A DNA stretch of 64,000 nucleotides from Mobula hypostoma (taxonomy: Eukaryota). Positions 25,111 through 36,962 of the stretch are shown in pieces; the first letter of the stretch is position 1; the number at the start of each line of letters is the position of its first letter. The translations under genes were made by a program, and so were the position numbers. The stretch spans positions 18,912,001 through 18,976,000 of the forward strand of contig NC_086118.1 in assembly GCF_963921235.1 (NCBI RefSeq). Reading direction: 5' to 3'. The notes below the pieces were generated by a model, which saw nothing but the letters and a program-made list of their open reading frames with translations, ran no database searches and was not told where the DNA came from.

Positions 25111-27164
25111 GCCATTCCCCAACCTGTTCACTCTCCTCCATGTCAGGGGGCCACAAAGTCCAGGAGTGAGGGCTGGCGCAGCATTAAACTGAAAAGCAGC
25201 TCTGTAAACAGCAGAAGAGCAGTTGCAACTGATCGCATTCCAAATAAACTCAGAGCGAAGACTCCTCTCGGCTAAAGACAATACAAGCAGAGAGAAACAC
25301 AGTAAACTGCAGATGCCAAGACCTTGAGCAACAAGCAAGGTACCAGAGGAACTCAGCAGGTCAAATAACATCGGCGGGAGGAAAGGAATTGTTGAAGTTT
25401 CAGGTTGCTGTTAGCTTGATTATCTGTAAATGTTATCCAAACAAAACCCCTCTGTACTCTACCTCCAATAGACGGAGGAAGAAATCTTCAGTAATGCCAC
25501 CATCACATCAACTGAAAAGTAAAATGGTACTGAGGAACTGAGACATGTGGCACAGCGATGGAGGGTGTAAAATGAGCAGTCCCCACAGGAAACCTGTTAC
25601 ACTGAATAGCCGAGAGCTGGTTACTGACTCCCAAGGAGGGACTGGGGACCTCGTTCCCATGAGAATTCCTGTGTGAACAAGGGTGTTCTCTGATTGGATC
25701 ACTACACATGCTTGAGCAGTCTTGAGAACCTCAGTGGTGTTTGGTTCAGTGATTATTTCTGGCTTCTCACTGGATTTGCCTGTGAATCAAAGGATGCATT
25801 CAAAAGCGTGCAGTTCCAGCTCCTCTGACTGTAGCTCAGTCAACTTGTGAGCTTGTACCCACTGAAGCAATAGCAGCACCTCCTAGGGAACAACCCCAAC
25901 AAAAAGCAATCATATCACACTTCCCAATAAAAGTCAGGCAACTCCTATAGGTGGGCAGGGCACCCTTTTCACAAACGGAATCCACAAGTTATAACTCAGT
26001 TCAGAAATCTGGCAAAAACTAATATATTACCTATGTACAACATCCAGCAGATCCTTGAAGATATCCTTAATCAAGGGTCAAAGGTAGAAAGTCACAGCTG
26101 GGAAAGGATCCATACTAATGGATAACTGCTTTACTTAATTGGGAAACACAGTACATGATAGAGACCCAGTTGTTTTTTTAAGCCTCACAAGAAGTCGCTA
26201 TGCTTCCAAGTGGAATTCTATAACCTATTTTTGCAATGTATTAAGAGCGTACTTTATAAATGGGTCATTGAATTCTGTGTTCACGCTGCAGTGCTAAATT
26301 GTGGGAAAGTTATTGGACTCTATCATTAGGGATAGAATGACTGAACATTTAGGGCAAGACAGTCAATATGAATTGTGAAAGCAAGGTCAGGTTTCACTAA
26401 TTTAGCTGGCTTTTCAGAGCAGGTCACCCAAATATATGCAGGTATCAATAATTTTTTCTCTATATGGACTTGGAGAAGGCATTTGATAAGGTTCCAAATG
26501 ATAAGTTATTAGAAAACAAATGCACACTAACTGTATTCTTGCTCCACCCTTTCACTTGACATTTTTACACTAGCTTCTTCCCCTCTGTCTTTCGTTAATC
26601 TGAAATGTTGACAACCCATTTCTCTCCACTGATACTGTCTGGCCCTTTGTCCTTCCAGCACTTTGTTTGTTGCTCTAGATTCCAGCATCTGCGGTTGATA
26701 TATTCATATGTAAATGTTTGGATGGTAGGAATAAGGAGGTCATTTTCTAAATATCTAGGTGTGACATGTGGATTTACACTGGGCTTCCGCCTTCCATGTA
26801 TTTAGGAACAGAAGAAATAAAAGCAGCAGTCGACCATTTGGCCCTTCCACCATCCATCAATTCACGGTTCCATTCCACCCCACTGTCACTTTTCATCATG
26901 ATCCCCATTCCCATTAATATTTGGAAATAAATCAATCGATCATGACCTTCCTCGATTAAAAGTTTTCAAATCTTCAGCACCTTCAAACTGAGGAAATTTT
27001 TCTGCAACTTCATCATAAATGGCCAACTCCTTATTAAAGTGAGGATGAAGAAACAGAAAAGAGGTGTAACAACACCTACATTTACCACTGGTACGAAGTG
27101 ATGCTTCAACATAAATAGGATAAATCAAAATAAATAGGAAATAAATAGGTTAATCATGGCTAGA

Positions 27165-28290
27165 AGGACTTCGGCCTGCAGCAATTTGCCTACCGCCACA
27201 ATAGGTCTATAGGTCTACAGTGGATGCAATCTCATTGGCTCTCCACTCAGCCTTGGACTACTTGGACAACAACAACACCTACTGTCAGGCTGCTGATTGT
27301 TGATTAGTGTTAAACACAATCGCCCCTTCGGTACTAATCAATAAACTTGAAACCTGGGCCTTTGTACCTCCCTCAGAAACTGGATCCTTAACTTCCTCAT
27401 TAGGAGACAACAGTCAATGCAGATCAGAAATAAAAATTCCTGCTCAGTGACAATCAACACCAACACACCTCAAAAATGTGCGCTTAGCTCACTGCTCTAC
27501 TGTCTCTATACCAATTATTGTGCGGCTAGGCACAGGTCAAATGCTATCTATAAATTTGCTGAAGATGCAGCATTGTCGGTAGAATCTCATATGGGAATGA
27601 TCATGATGGTACAGGAGTGAGACAGATCGGCTAGTTGATGGTGTTGCAACAATAACCTTGAACTCAATTTCAGTAACACCAAAGCATTGATTGCTGACTT
27701 CAGGACAATGAAGTCAAGGCAACACCCAGTATTTCTTATTGAGGGGGCATTCCTTCTTCATAATATAGTGGCTGCCTTTCATGGGGAGTTTGAGAAGATT
27801 TGGTATGTTACCAAAGACTCTAGCAAAGTTCTACAGATGTACCGTGAACAACATTCTAACTTGTTGCATCACTATCTGGTCTGGAGGGACCACTGCACAG
27901 GATCAGAAACGGCTGCACATGTTTGTAAATTCGGCCAGCCCACAATGGGCATTAGCCTCCCCAGCATTGAGGACATCTTCAAAAGGTGATGGCTCAAAAA
28001 GGCGGCATCCAACATTAAGGATTCTCACCACCTAGAACGTGCTCTCTTCATCAGAGAGAAGGTGCAGGAGCCTGAATATGCACAATAAATGTTTTAGGAA
28101 CAGTTCCATTCCCTATGCCATCAGCTTTCTGAATGAACACTATATCTCTCTCTCTTTGCATATATTTATATTTCATATTTCTTATTATAATTTAGAGTAT
28201 ATTTTATGTATTGCATTGTACTGCCACCAAAAACAACAAATTTCATGACCTACTGTATATCAGTGATAATGAACCTGATTCCAATTCTGA
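27165..28290 (+). mobile_element. Rex1/Babar LINE 3' portion
   Basis: PQKCALSSLLYCLYT...YKFAED; KFYRCTVNNILTCCITIW; tail tgataatgaacctgattc. Confidence 0.85.
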
Positions 28291-31139
28291 AAAAAAGAAT
28301 ACGGAATGAGAAAGGACTTGAAAATGGAGACTACAGTGGCAGATGCAGTTTAATGTAGGAAAATGTGTGGTTATACCCTTTAAACTCATAAAGACAGATC
28401 TCTCCTATATTCTAGATGGTGAGAGATGTGGCATTTTTAGAGATGTTTAAGTGTCTAAATACAAAGGTTAAAGAACAAGACTTTCTCTCAAAGAGTCTTG
28501 AATAAAAAGAGGAGGAAGATATGCCTTAGACAAACCACCAGAAATATTCTATTTACTGTAGTATTTACCATTAAATGCAAGGAAGGACATATTGGCCTCA
28601 GGGAAGCTGTAACAGAATTGTTCACACCTAAAGGATTAACTTGTGTGAAGTTGCATCAATGTGCTAAATTTTTCTTAAAAGTGACGTAGTAAACTGGTAA
28701 AATGATTTAACGGGGTACATAAAGGAAGGATAAGAAGGCATGAACATGGTCATTGATATTTGAGAATCAAATTATGAAACACCAAAAATGATAGAAATCT
28801 GCCCAAAAATGATTATTGTTGTTGTGTCAATTGACCTTTCCAAAACTAAAATCAATAGAAAGTAAGCTGAAGGATATTGAAAACTAATGGGTTAATGGAG
28901 TTTGTTGCATCTGAACTATGACCTACTTGAACTGATAGAAAGCCCTGAGGGTCTCAATGGTCTATTCCTTTTCTGAAACCTACTAGTGTGGCCTAATGGA
29001 AGCAAGTATATACTAAATTGTATTGGCAACTGTATTACATGCCTTCATAAAACTGCAAAGGTTAACAATACTGAGTAAAATTCAAACTCCCAAGAATCTG
29101 TTCTATTTACAATAATTAAATACAATGCCCTGAATTTCTAGTCCACTCTCAAAGACGTGCCAGAAAGATGAAAATGCATTAGAACAGAAACTGATGCAAT
29201 CTCACTGCATCAACATTGACCTGAGGCTGCGGCCTGAGAGTGGTGAATCTGTGGAATTCATTGCCACAGAGGGCAGTGGAAGCCAAACAATTGAGTGTAT
29301 TTAAGGGTAAATTTGATAGGTTCTTGATTGGTAAGAAGGTAAAGGGTTATGTGAGACGACTGGGCAATGGAGTTGAAAATAAATCACCCATGGTTTAAAG
29401 GCAGAACAGACTTGATGGGCTGAATGGCCTTGTTCTGTTCCTCTACGTTATGATCTTATGGCCTGAGACCTCACTTTCAGGCTATTGAGTATTACAATTT
29501 CACCTGGATGAAAATGTATCCAGTGTGTTTCTTCCGATGCAAGGCTTGAGAGGTCAGGCCCATTCTCAGAGTAAAAGACTAGTTAGATGTTGGAATTGAT
29601 GTCTGAGCACAGCTTATAAATTGGAGAGATGTCACCAGCCAGTCAAAGGCATTGGGATTTGGAGGAGGCTGGAGAAATTGTTGGCGAGATAATCAGGGGG
29701 TGGCCATTGCTGATGAGGGGAAGGAGATATCGACTGGAAGCACAGGTATCAATATGGGAAAGGTTGTCAGAAATGGCAGTGGAGGAGGATTGTGGGAAAG
29801 GATTGACTTCATGTCATGGAATGGAAAGACAGTTAGATAAGGGGTGTCATAGAGAACCTCTCAGTATGGGTTGAACTCCTGAAAACATAGACAACTACGA
29901 TACTCACCTACAGACTTCCAAGGATGTATCTTGGTGAATACCGTTCTCCTGGGACTATCCTATGATCTATTTTCCCTGGGTAGAATGGTCCAAATTCCCT
30001 TGCTTTGCATGATTCACTGTACAAAGAATGGTACCATGTGCTTCCTACACAGAATTTATACCAGGGTCAGCATGGGGATTCAAAGTTAAAGACGTTCAGT
30101 TGAATTCCCCATTTGCCTTGTTTGAAAACATGGAAATCTCGGAGTTAAATTGATTTTCAATTGCATACTGCTGAAGAAAATGACCATGAAATCTAAGTTC
30201 CAAACAAGTGTCCTTTATCAAAAAAGAGTTTGGTTTTACATCTAAATCTCATTGAATTAGTCTCCAAGAATGACGTTAATTATGATACAGAGGTGGAGAA
30301 CAAATCTCCAGTCATTTTGCCTCAATACAGCACCGTAACACTAATCTCAGAGCCACAATAGCAGTGAGCTTCTGTCACAACGCTAGTTCCCTACCCCAAT
30401 ATCCTGTTTATTCTTGGATCAGTTTCATGTTAACTTAACGTTGAATGAAGGATTGCTTTTTCTGATTTGCTCATCTCCGTTAAAACCTACATTAACACTT
30501 AGCTCTTATGGTGGAAGCAGACTGTATATAATATCTGAATTGAGATTCATGAAGTACAAGGAGAGCTTTATAACCCATTTTCTTCATTGATTTTCATTTA
30601 GTTCAGGCACAGCCTTCTCTATGTTCTCCAGGAGCTTAGAATTTGGAAATTCAAGGTGTGCAAACTGAGAATGACAGAGCTTTATTTTTGGAACTGGGAA
30701 AGGGAGAAAGAACTTATCACTGAGGAAAAGTTGACAATGTGATGTATCATTGACTCTTTAGGTTCCGGAAGATGATCACGCAGGCCGGTGCTGAAATGCA
30801 GGTCAGTTATTAATAGCCAATCTTGTGTTTTGTTGATAAATGGCGATGGTCTTTCATAAGTAATGTCTCCTAATTATTCCCCTTAAGAAGTGTTGCCAAC
30901 TCCTGATAAGCAAGTGTTTTGTTCAGTCTCAAAACACTATAATCCACCAAATTATGATTACATCATAGTCAAACCATCATCGTCATATTTACTATGTCCA
31001 TCAATCAGAAAATGACAATTTATTATGGAAGACTGATTCCAAACATAAAACCCAAAACAGTACTTTTATTGTCATGTGCATCCAATTTTTAGATCACAGC
31101 ACTAAAAGCGAGGTATCATTATGGCTCAATATTGAGGCA

Positions 31140-31720
31140 ATTCCTTGTCACGGGGTTTGGAGGCTTGTGTGTCTCAATGACCCGCATATCTATGTTGGCT
31201 GCAGTCAGAGCTTGATGCTTTGGCTCTTGGTAGGATCAAAGATCAAACAAAAAACAGATCACAGGGTAGAGGCCAGACTGAGAGTAGTGCACCCGTCCTC
31301 CAGGTTCGGGGACTCAGCTCAGTGCTAACAACCCTGACTGGGTAAAACAAAACTGTTACTGAAGAGTTCTTCTACATCTGAGTGCGATGGTATTCCTGAG
31401 TCTCCATCCAGAACCTGCGTGGATGACAGTAGTGAAAACCAAACTACACTCGGAAAATGCTGGAGGAACTCAGCAGGCCAGGCATCATCTATGGAAAAAA
31501 AGTAACGTTTTAGGCTGAAACATCGACTGCCCTTTTTAACATAGATGCTGCCTGGCCTGCTGAGTTCCTTCAGCGCTTTGTGTGTATTGCTTGGATTTGC
31601 AGCATCTGCAGATTTTGTCCTGTTTGTGAAAACCAATCTACTGACACAATGAAAGAAACCCTGAACACCGCCAGAGATGGAGGACCTTCATTGCTGCCCC
31701 AAACGCAAGTACCATAACAG
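31140..31720 (+). mobile_element. RTE-derived bipartite non-autonomous element interrupted by a Penelope-type fold-back (31443-31625)
   Basis: RTE-like 5' part (ccttgtcacggggtttggaggcttg...ctaacaaccc...gtaaaac) and 3' part (tggaggaccttcattgctgccc). The nested insert has TSD gtgaaaaccaa at 31432-31442 and 31626-31636. Confidence 0.6.
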
Positions 31721-31721
31721 G

Positions 31722-32370
31722 TGGTAGACAGATTTAGGCAATCAAAGCAATGAATGCAAAGTAATGCAAGTGTCTTTACTAGTCAGGGCATTGAGTATAA
31801 GAGTCTGGAAGTAATGTTACAACTAATAAAACTTCAGTTATGTTGCACTTGGAACACTGTGCGCAATTCTGGTTGCCCCATTACAGGAAAGTTGTCAATA
31901 CTTTGAAAAGGGTGCAAAAAAGGCTGATAAGGGTGCGGCCTCCATGAAAGTATGAGCTACAAGGAGAGCTTAGACTTGGGAGCCTTGGAAGCTGAGGGGT
32001 GACCTGACAGGAAGTTATCATATTATGAAAGGCGTAGATAGAGTAGTCAGTCAGAGTCTTTTCCAAAGGGTAGAAATGTCAAGTACTCGAGGACATGCAT
32101 TAAAGCTGAATGGGGGAAATTTAAAAGAGATGCATTTGCCAGATTTTTTTTTTACACAGAGGATATTACTGTCTGGTATGGGTCACTGGGGTAGTTATGG
32201 ATGCAGATATAAGAATGGCATTAAAGAGCCTGTAACACAGACACACGAATATGCGAGGAATGAAAGATCTGGCTCAAGTAGAGGTAGAGGAGAATTAGCT
32301 TAATTCGGCATCATGTTTGGCAGAGATATTCTGGGCTGAAGGCCCTTTATCTGTCCTGCTCTGATCTATG
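31722..32370 (+). mobile_element. CR1 3' fragment
   Basis: MKGVDRVVSQSLFQRVEMSSTRGH...FFFTQR. Confidence 0.8.
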
Positions 32371-33202
32371 TGTGATGCAATGGCCAAAAAAAAAAGGATA
32401 CGGGTCGTTGAGAATGGTGAAAGTTGAATTAAAAATCAATATGGCATTGAGAATTAGGAAATCAGAGGAATGAAGCAAGTATTATGGCAGCAGCTAATTT
32501 ACACCAGAGTCAAATCCAAACAAAAACAATACAGTAGATGCATCAATTTCATTGTTCTCTGGGGGTCCTTTCTTCAATATTTTGAAAATGATTTTGGGCT
32601 GTGGAGAGAGATTGAGGGAATGGAATTGGTTGGACTGCTCTTATGTAGAGCCAGAATGGACTCAATAGGTCAAATAACCCAACGCATATCTGTGCTCTAC
32701 TGAAGCTGCAAGACAATCTCCAGCCTGGAAACTTATCTGGAATGGGGGATAATGAAAATGCTGGGCGGCTCACTGGTGTTTTTAATGCTTGCGTGATTAT
32801 CAATCACATCAGATTAAGAAGAAGGACCTTATCAACTGCCCACTCCAAAAATGAGAAACAGCTACTTGACAGCAGAACTCTGCCCATGTGTCAGACAGTT
32901 ATATGTAATACTCCTCCAGGTATATAACTGATCTGTCTCAGTTATTAGTCTTCTAATGGTTGTCATATTCAATCTTATCAATGTCTAACAGCCATAATGA
33001 TGAAAAAAATCAAATGTGTTCAGATTTTATTGCTGATTTAGGTTTTCGACTTACCTTGCTCTGATCTAGGTCTAGTTTATTACATAGTATGTGAATGAAG
33101 TGTCTTAGAGAGCTTCTGCACCAAGCAGAAATTTATTGTCACAATGAGAGATGAAGTCATGAAAAACATAAAAACCCAGACTCTAGACGAAGTTTGACTT
33201 AC

Positions 33203-33360
33203 CATGATTACCCTTGGATGTTCGAACTGGCGTAAAATGGTTTTTGGTGGTTCTGACAGGCGAGCTATCCTTGGGTGATCCATCTATTGCTGTCATATTC
33301 TCCCTCTCGAAGTGTGGCACTGGGATTGGTCCCTGGTTTCGTAAAATATCTGCCAGGGCC
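33203..33360 (-). CDS. SHISA6: Internal coding exon (exon 2) of a Shisa6/CKAMP52-like AMPA receptor auxiliary protein
   Basis: Minus strand reads tttcacag|G GCC CTG GCA...AAT CAT G|gtaagt (158 nt, phase 2 to phase 1). Translation (R)ALADILRNQGPIPVPHFERENMTAIDGSPKDSSPVRTTKNHFTPVRTSKGNH(G) closely matches my recollection of human SHISA6 RALADILRQQGPIPIAHCERETISAIDTSPKENTPVRSSSKNHYTPVRTAK. Paralogue SHISA7 is not fully excluded. Confidence 0.88.
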
Positions 33361-33969
33361 CTGTGAAATTCCATTTAAAAAGCATTGAGAAAAAGTACAG
33401 TGCCTTTATGTCATAACAAACAGTCAACAGAATCAAGTTCATTTCAATCACTTTCCCTTCTGTCCTCTCCCAATGGCCAGAAAATACAGAGGCTTTGAAA
33501 ACACATAAACTGCTTCTTGTTATGAGGTTATAGAGAAAGTGCAGTAAAGGTACAGGTACAGTGCAGATAATCTATGGTGAGGTAGATTGGGAAATCAAGA
33601 ATTTATATGTAACACTCACTTTGCCTGGTGGCATGATCTCTGGGTGATTACCCGCTGCCCGGCCAAACCTTAGAACTCTCGTCTGGTTGAAAACTGTGTG
33701 ATGTGTCCCCTGTTTCAAATCAGTACCCCGTAATGACAAGCCATACACAGGATGCGGTTAAATAAATAAGATTTTATATTCTTATTTGAACTATGGGGTT
33801 AGTAGAGAACCAAAATATAAAATTTTAGAAAGGCGCTACTATATCTTTATTCAGTGTGTGCACAAATAATTCGTTGGAGCTCAGGCAATATCCGCCTTCC
33901 ACCATTTGATCTCCTCTGAACTCCACCGGGTCTCAAGCCCCCGCTTAGGGTTCGCTCCGCTTGCCAGGA

Positions 33970-35005
33970 CACAGCACCGGATACGATAGCTGACCCCAAC
34001 AGACTCACAAGTGAAGTGTTGCCTCACCTGGAAGGACTGTTTGCGGCCCTGAATGGTGGCAAAAGAGGAGGTGTAGGGACACTTACGCTTACAGGGATAG
34101 GTGCCGTGTGGGAGATCTGTGGGGAGGGACGTGTGGATCAGGGAGTCGCAAAGAGACCGATCCCTACGGAAAGTGGAGAGGGGAAGATGTGCTTAGTGGT
34201 GGGGTCCTGTTGAAGGTGGCGGAAGTTGCGGAGGATAATGTGCTGGATCCGAAGGCTGGTGGGGTGGTCACCATTCAGGGCCCCAAACAGTCCTTCCAGG
34301 TGAGGCAACACTTCACTTGTGAGTCTGTTGGGGTCATCTATTGCATCCGGTGCTCCCGGTGCGGCCTCCTCTACATCAGTGAAACCCAATGCAGATTGGG
34401 GGACCGCTTCGTCGAGCACCTCCACTCCGTCCGCCACAACAGACAGGATCTCCCAGTTGCCACTCACTTCAACTCTGCTTCCCATTCCGATTCGGATATG
34501 TCCATACATGACCTCCTCTACTGCCATGATGAGGCTAAGCTCAGGTTGGAGGAGCAACACCTGATATACAGTCTAGGTAGTCTCCAGCCCCTGGTATGAA
34601 CATAGAATTCTCCAACTTCCGGTAATTCCCTCCTCCTCTCTTTCCCTATCCCTATTTCACTCTATCCCCTCCCCCAGCTGCCTATCACCTCCCTCATGGT
34701 TCCGCCTCCTTCTGCTACCCATTGTGTTTTCCCCTATTCTTTCTTCACCTTTCCTGCCTATCTCCTGCCTGCTTCCTCTCCCCCAACCCTTTATCTTTCC
34801 TCTTACTGGTTTTTCACCTGGCACCTACCAGCCTTCCCCTTCCCACTCTCTTTATAGGGCCTCTGCCCCTTCCCTCTTCAGTCCTGACGAAGGGTTCCAG
34901 CCCAAAACGTTGACTGATCGTTTCCACAGATGCTGCCCGACCTGCTGAGTTCCTCCAACGTGTTGTGAGTGTTGCTTTGACCCCAGTATCTGCAGAGTAT
35001 TTTGT
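33970..35005 (+). mobile_element. Penelope-like element: inverted 5' segment, GIY-YIG endonuclease, terminal repeat with hammerhead-like motif
   Basis: FTCESVGVIYCIRCSRCGLLYISET..RLGDRFVEH...VATHFN...EQHLIYSLGSLQP (34265-34600). About 33975-34060 is the inverted copy of ~34268-34350. Confidence 0.9.
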
Positions 35006-36660
35006 GTTTGTGAATCTGTGGAATTTGTTGCCACAGGTGGCTGTGGAGGCCAAGGCATTTGGTGTATTTAAGGCAGAGTTTGCTCGGTTTTTGATTAGTC
35101 GGGATGTGAAAGGTTATGGAGAGAACGGAGGGGCGGTTGAGAGGGAAAATGGATCAACCATGATAAAGTGGCAGAGCAGACTCAATGGACCAAATGGCCT
35201 ATTTCTGCTCTTATCGCTTCTGATCTTACTGCAATAATAAACCAATACCAATACGCAGGTGTTTTGCAATCATTAAAGAACTCTGGATCAATACTTGCAA
35301 ATTTGTTGAGTAATGAGTTGTTATATTTATTAAGCAACACACACACGATGCTGGAAGAACTTAATAGGTCTGATGAAGGGTCTCAGCCTCAAACAGTGAC
35401 TGTTTAGTTTCTTCCACTGGTTCTGGCTGAGCTGATAAGTTCCTCCAGCATTTTGTTTCTGTTGCTGAAGATTGCTAGAATTTGCAGTAACTTGTGTCTC
35501 CATGTCATTATATGTAGTATATTAATTGTTTAAAAAACTTTTAATGACTTGAAACAATCTCTTGAATTCATTGGAATTTCAGGCCGATGAATGCATTATT
35601 CAACACTCACTGCTGCGAAATACTACAGCCCAGTAAATCCATCATATGTTAGCATTAATGCTAAGCATCGACCATCAAACACATTGTATTGATAAGTTTT
35701 CTTTATGCTTCCCACCATTATGCAGCAAGTAAAGTAACATAGATACATCATTGTTCTGGGAATGAATGGCATATTAGAACTATTGGGTTGGGGGGGGGGC
35801 ATTATGGTTGCAAGTTGTGAAACTGTGACTGGAGTTCAAATATCAGGTCAAGCAATCAGAGGATGACAGCTTTTGGCTGCCAGTGATGAGGAGTGTGCTT
35901 CTGATTTAGGGGAGGCAGATTCGTTTTGAGGTGAAAGAACACCAACCAGGAGTAATTTTCCTAGAACTGGCTTCTATGACCCAGGGCTAGAGTTAATTCT
36001 GACCAAACCTCATACATATTGTAAAGGCTACACTTGCAAGAGGTGCTTCTGCTGAACACAAGCTATCCGTGAGTAATCTCACCCACTGTCCTGTACGAAC
36101 TTTGTTACTGAGCACAGATAAACAATGGATCAGATGATTGGATTCTCAGACATCCTGATTTAGAGGAAGAAACATGATTCATCTCACTTCTAATGTAGCT
36201 TTATTTATTTAAAAAATAACCTTTATGCACCAATTGGCAAGCAACTTTAAAAGTTTGGAGCCTAGAAAATGGGGAATTTTCCAAGATTTGGTTGGGTGGT
36301 GTAGGAGGTAATGAGAATTATGGAAGTCAAAAAGTCATGGAAGATAAAAAAAATGGAAAATGAAAGAGCACAGGCTTCATTGCTTAGTTTGTAGCAGCTC
36401 CTATTTCTAAATAGCTATTCAGGTGTGACTTCTGACCTGTAGACCTAAACCATAGCTACAGAGTTTGGGCAGCTGCTTATTCATGACCACAGAAGGCTTA
36501 AGGGGAATGGAGGCAAGGGATGACAGTGTAAGTGGAGTTGGTATGAAAGACGGGGTGAACATCCCTAGAAACAAATCATTGTGACATACTACATGTCCCA
36601 CTTCTCTTCTTTAGTTAATGAATTCACTTTTCACTATTTACCATTTTGTTCACATCATAT

Positions 36661-36962
36661 CCGCGCATGGCCAAGTGGTTAAGGCGTTCATCTAGTGATT
36701 CAAAGGTCGCTAGTTCGAGCCTTGGCTGAAGCAGCGTGTGTGTCCTTGAGCAAGGCACTTTACCACACATTGCCCTGCGACGACACCGATGCCAAGCTGT
36801 ATGGGTCCTAATGCCCTTCCCTTGGGCAACATCGGTGGCGTGGAGAGAGGAGACTTGCAGCATGGGCAACTGCTGGTCTTCCATACAACCTTGCCCAGGC
36901 CTGTGCCCTGGAAACCTTCCAAGGCGCAAATCCATGGTCTCATGAGACTAACGGAGGCCTAT
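36661..36962 (+). mobile_element. Full-length tRNA-derived SINE
   Basis: A box TGGCCAAGTGG, B box GTTCGAGCC, CORE-like gtgtccttgagcaaggcactt; second copy at 2951. Confidence 0.85.

Noticed and set aside
26940..27128. ORF ending ELAIYDEVAEKFPQFEG, looking like an exon
   Set aside because: Overlaps a decayed minus-strand CR1 3' end (~26805-27040).
30762..30801. Plus-strand micro-exon-like segment (ctttag|GTTCC...GCAG|gtcagt)
   Set aside because: Isolated; no other plus-strand exons or recognisable product.
33608..33965. Possible LTR fragment starting TGTAACAC (another LTR-like piece at ~16000-16195)
   Set aside because: No partner LTR, TSD or internal domain could be confirmed.
36661..36735. 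tRNA gene
   Set aside because: The A and B boxes belong to a SINE head; the downstream body is repeated at 2951.
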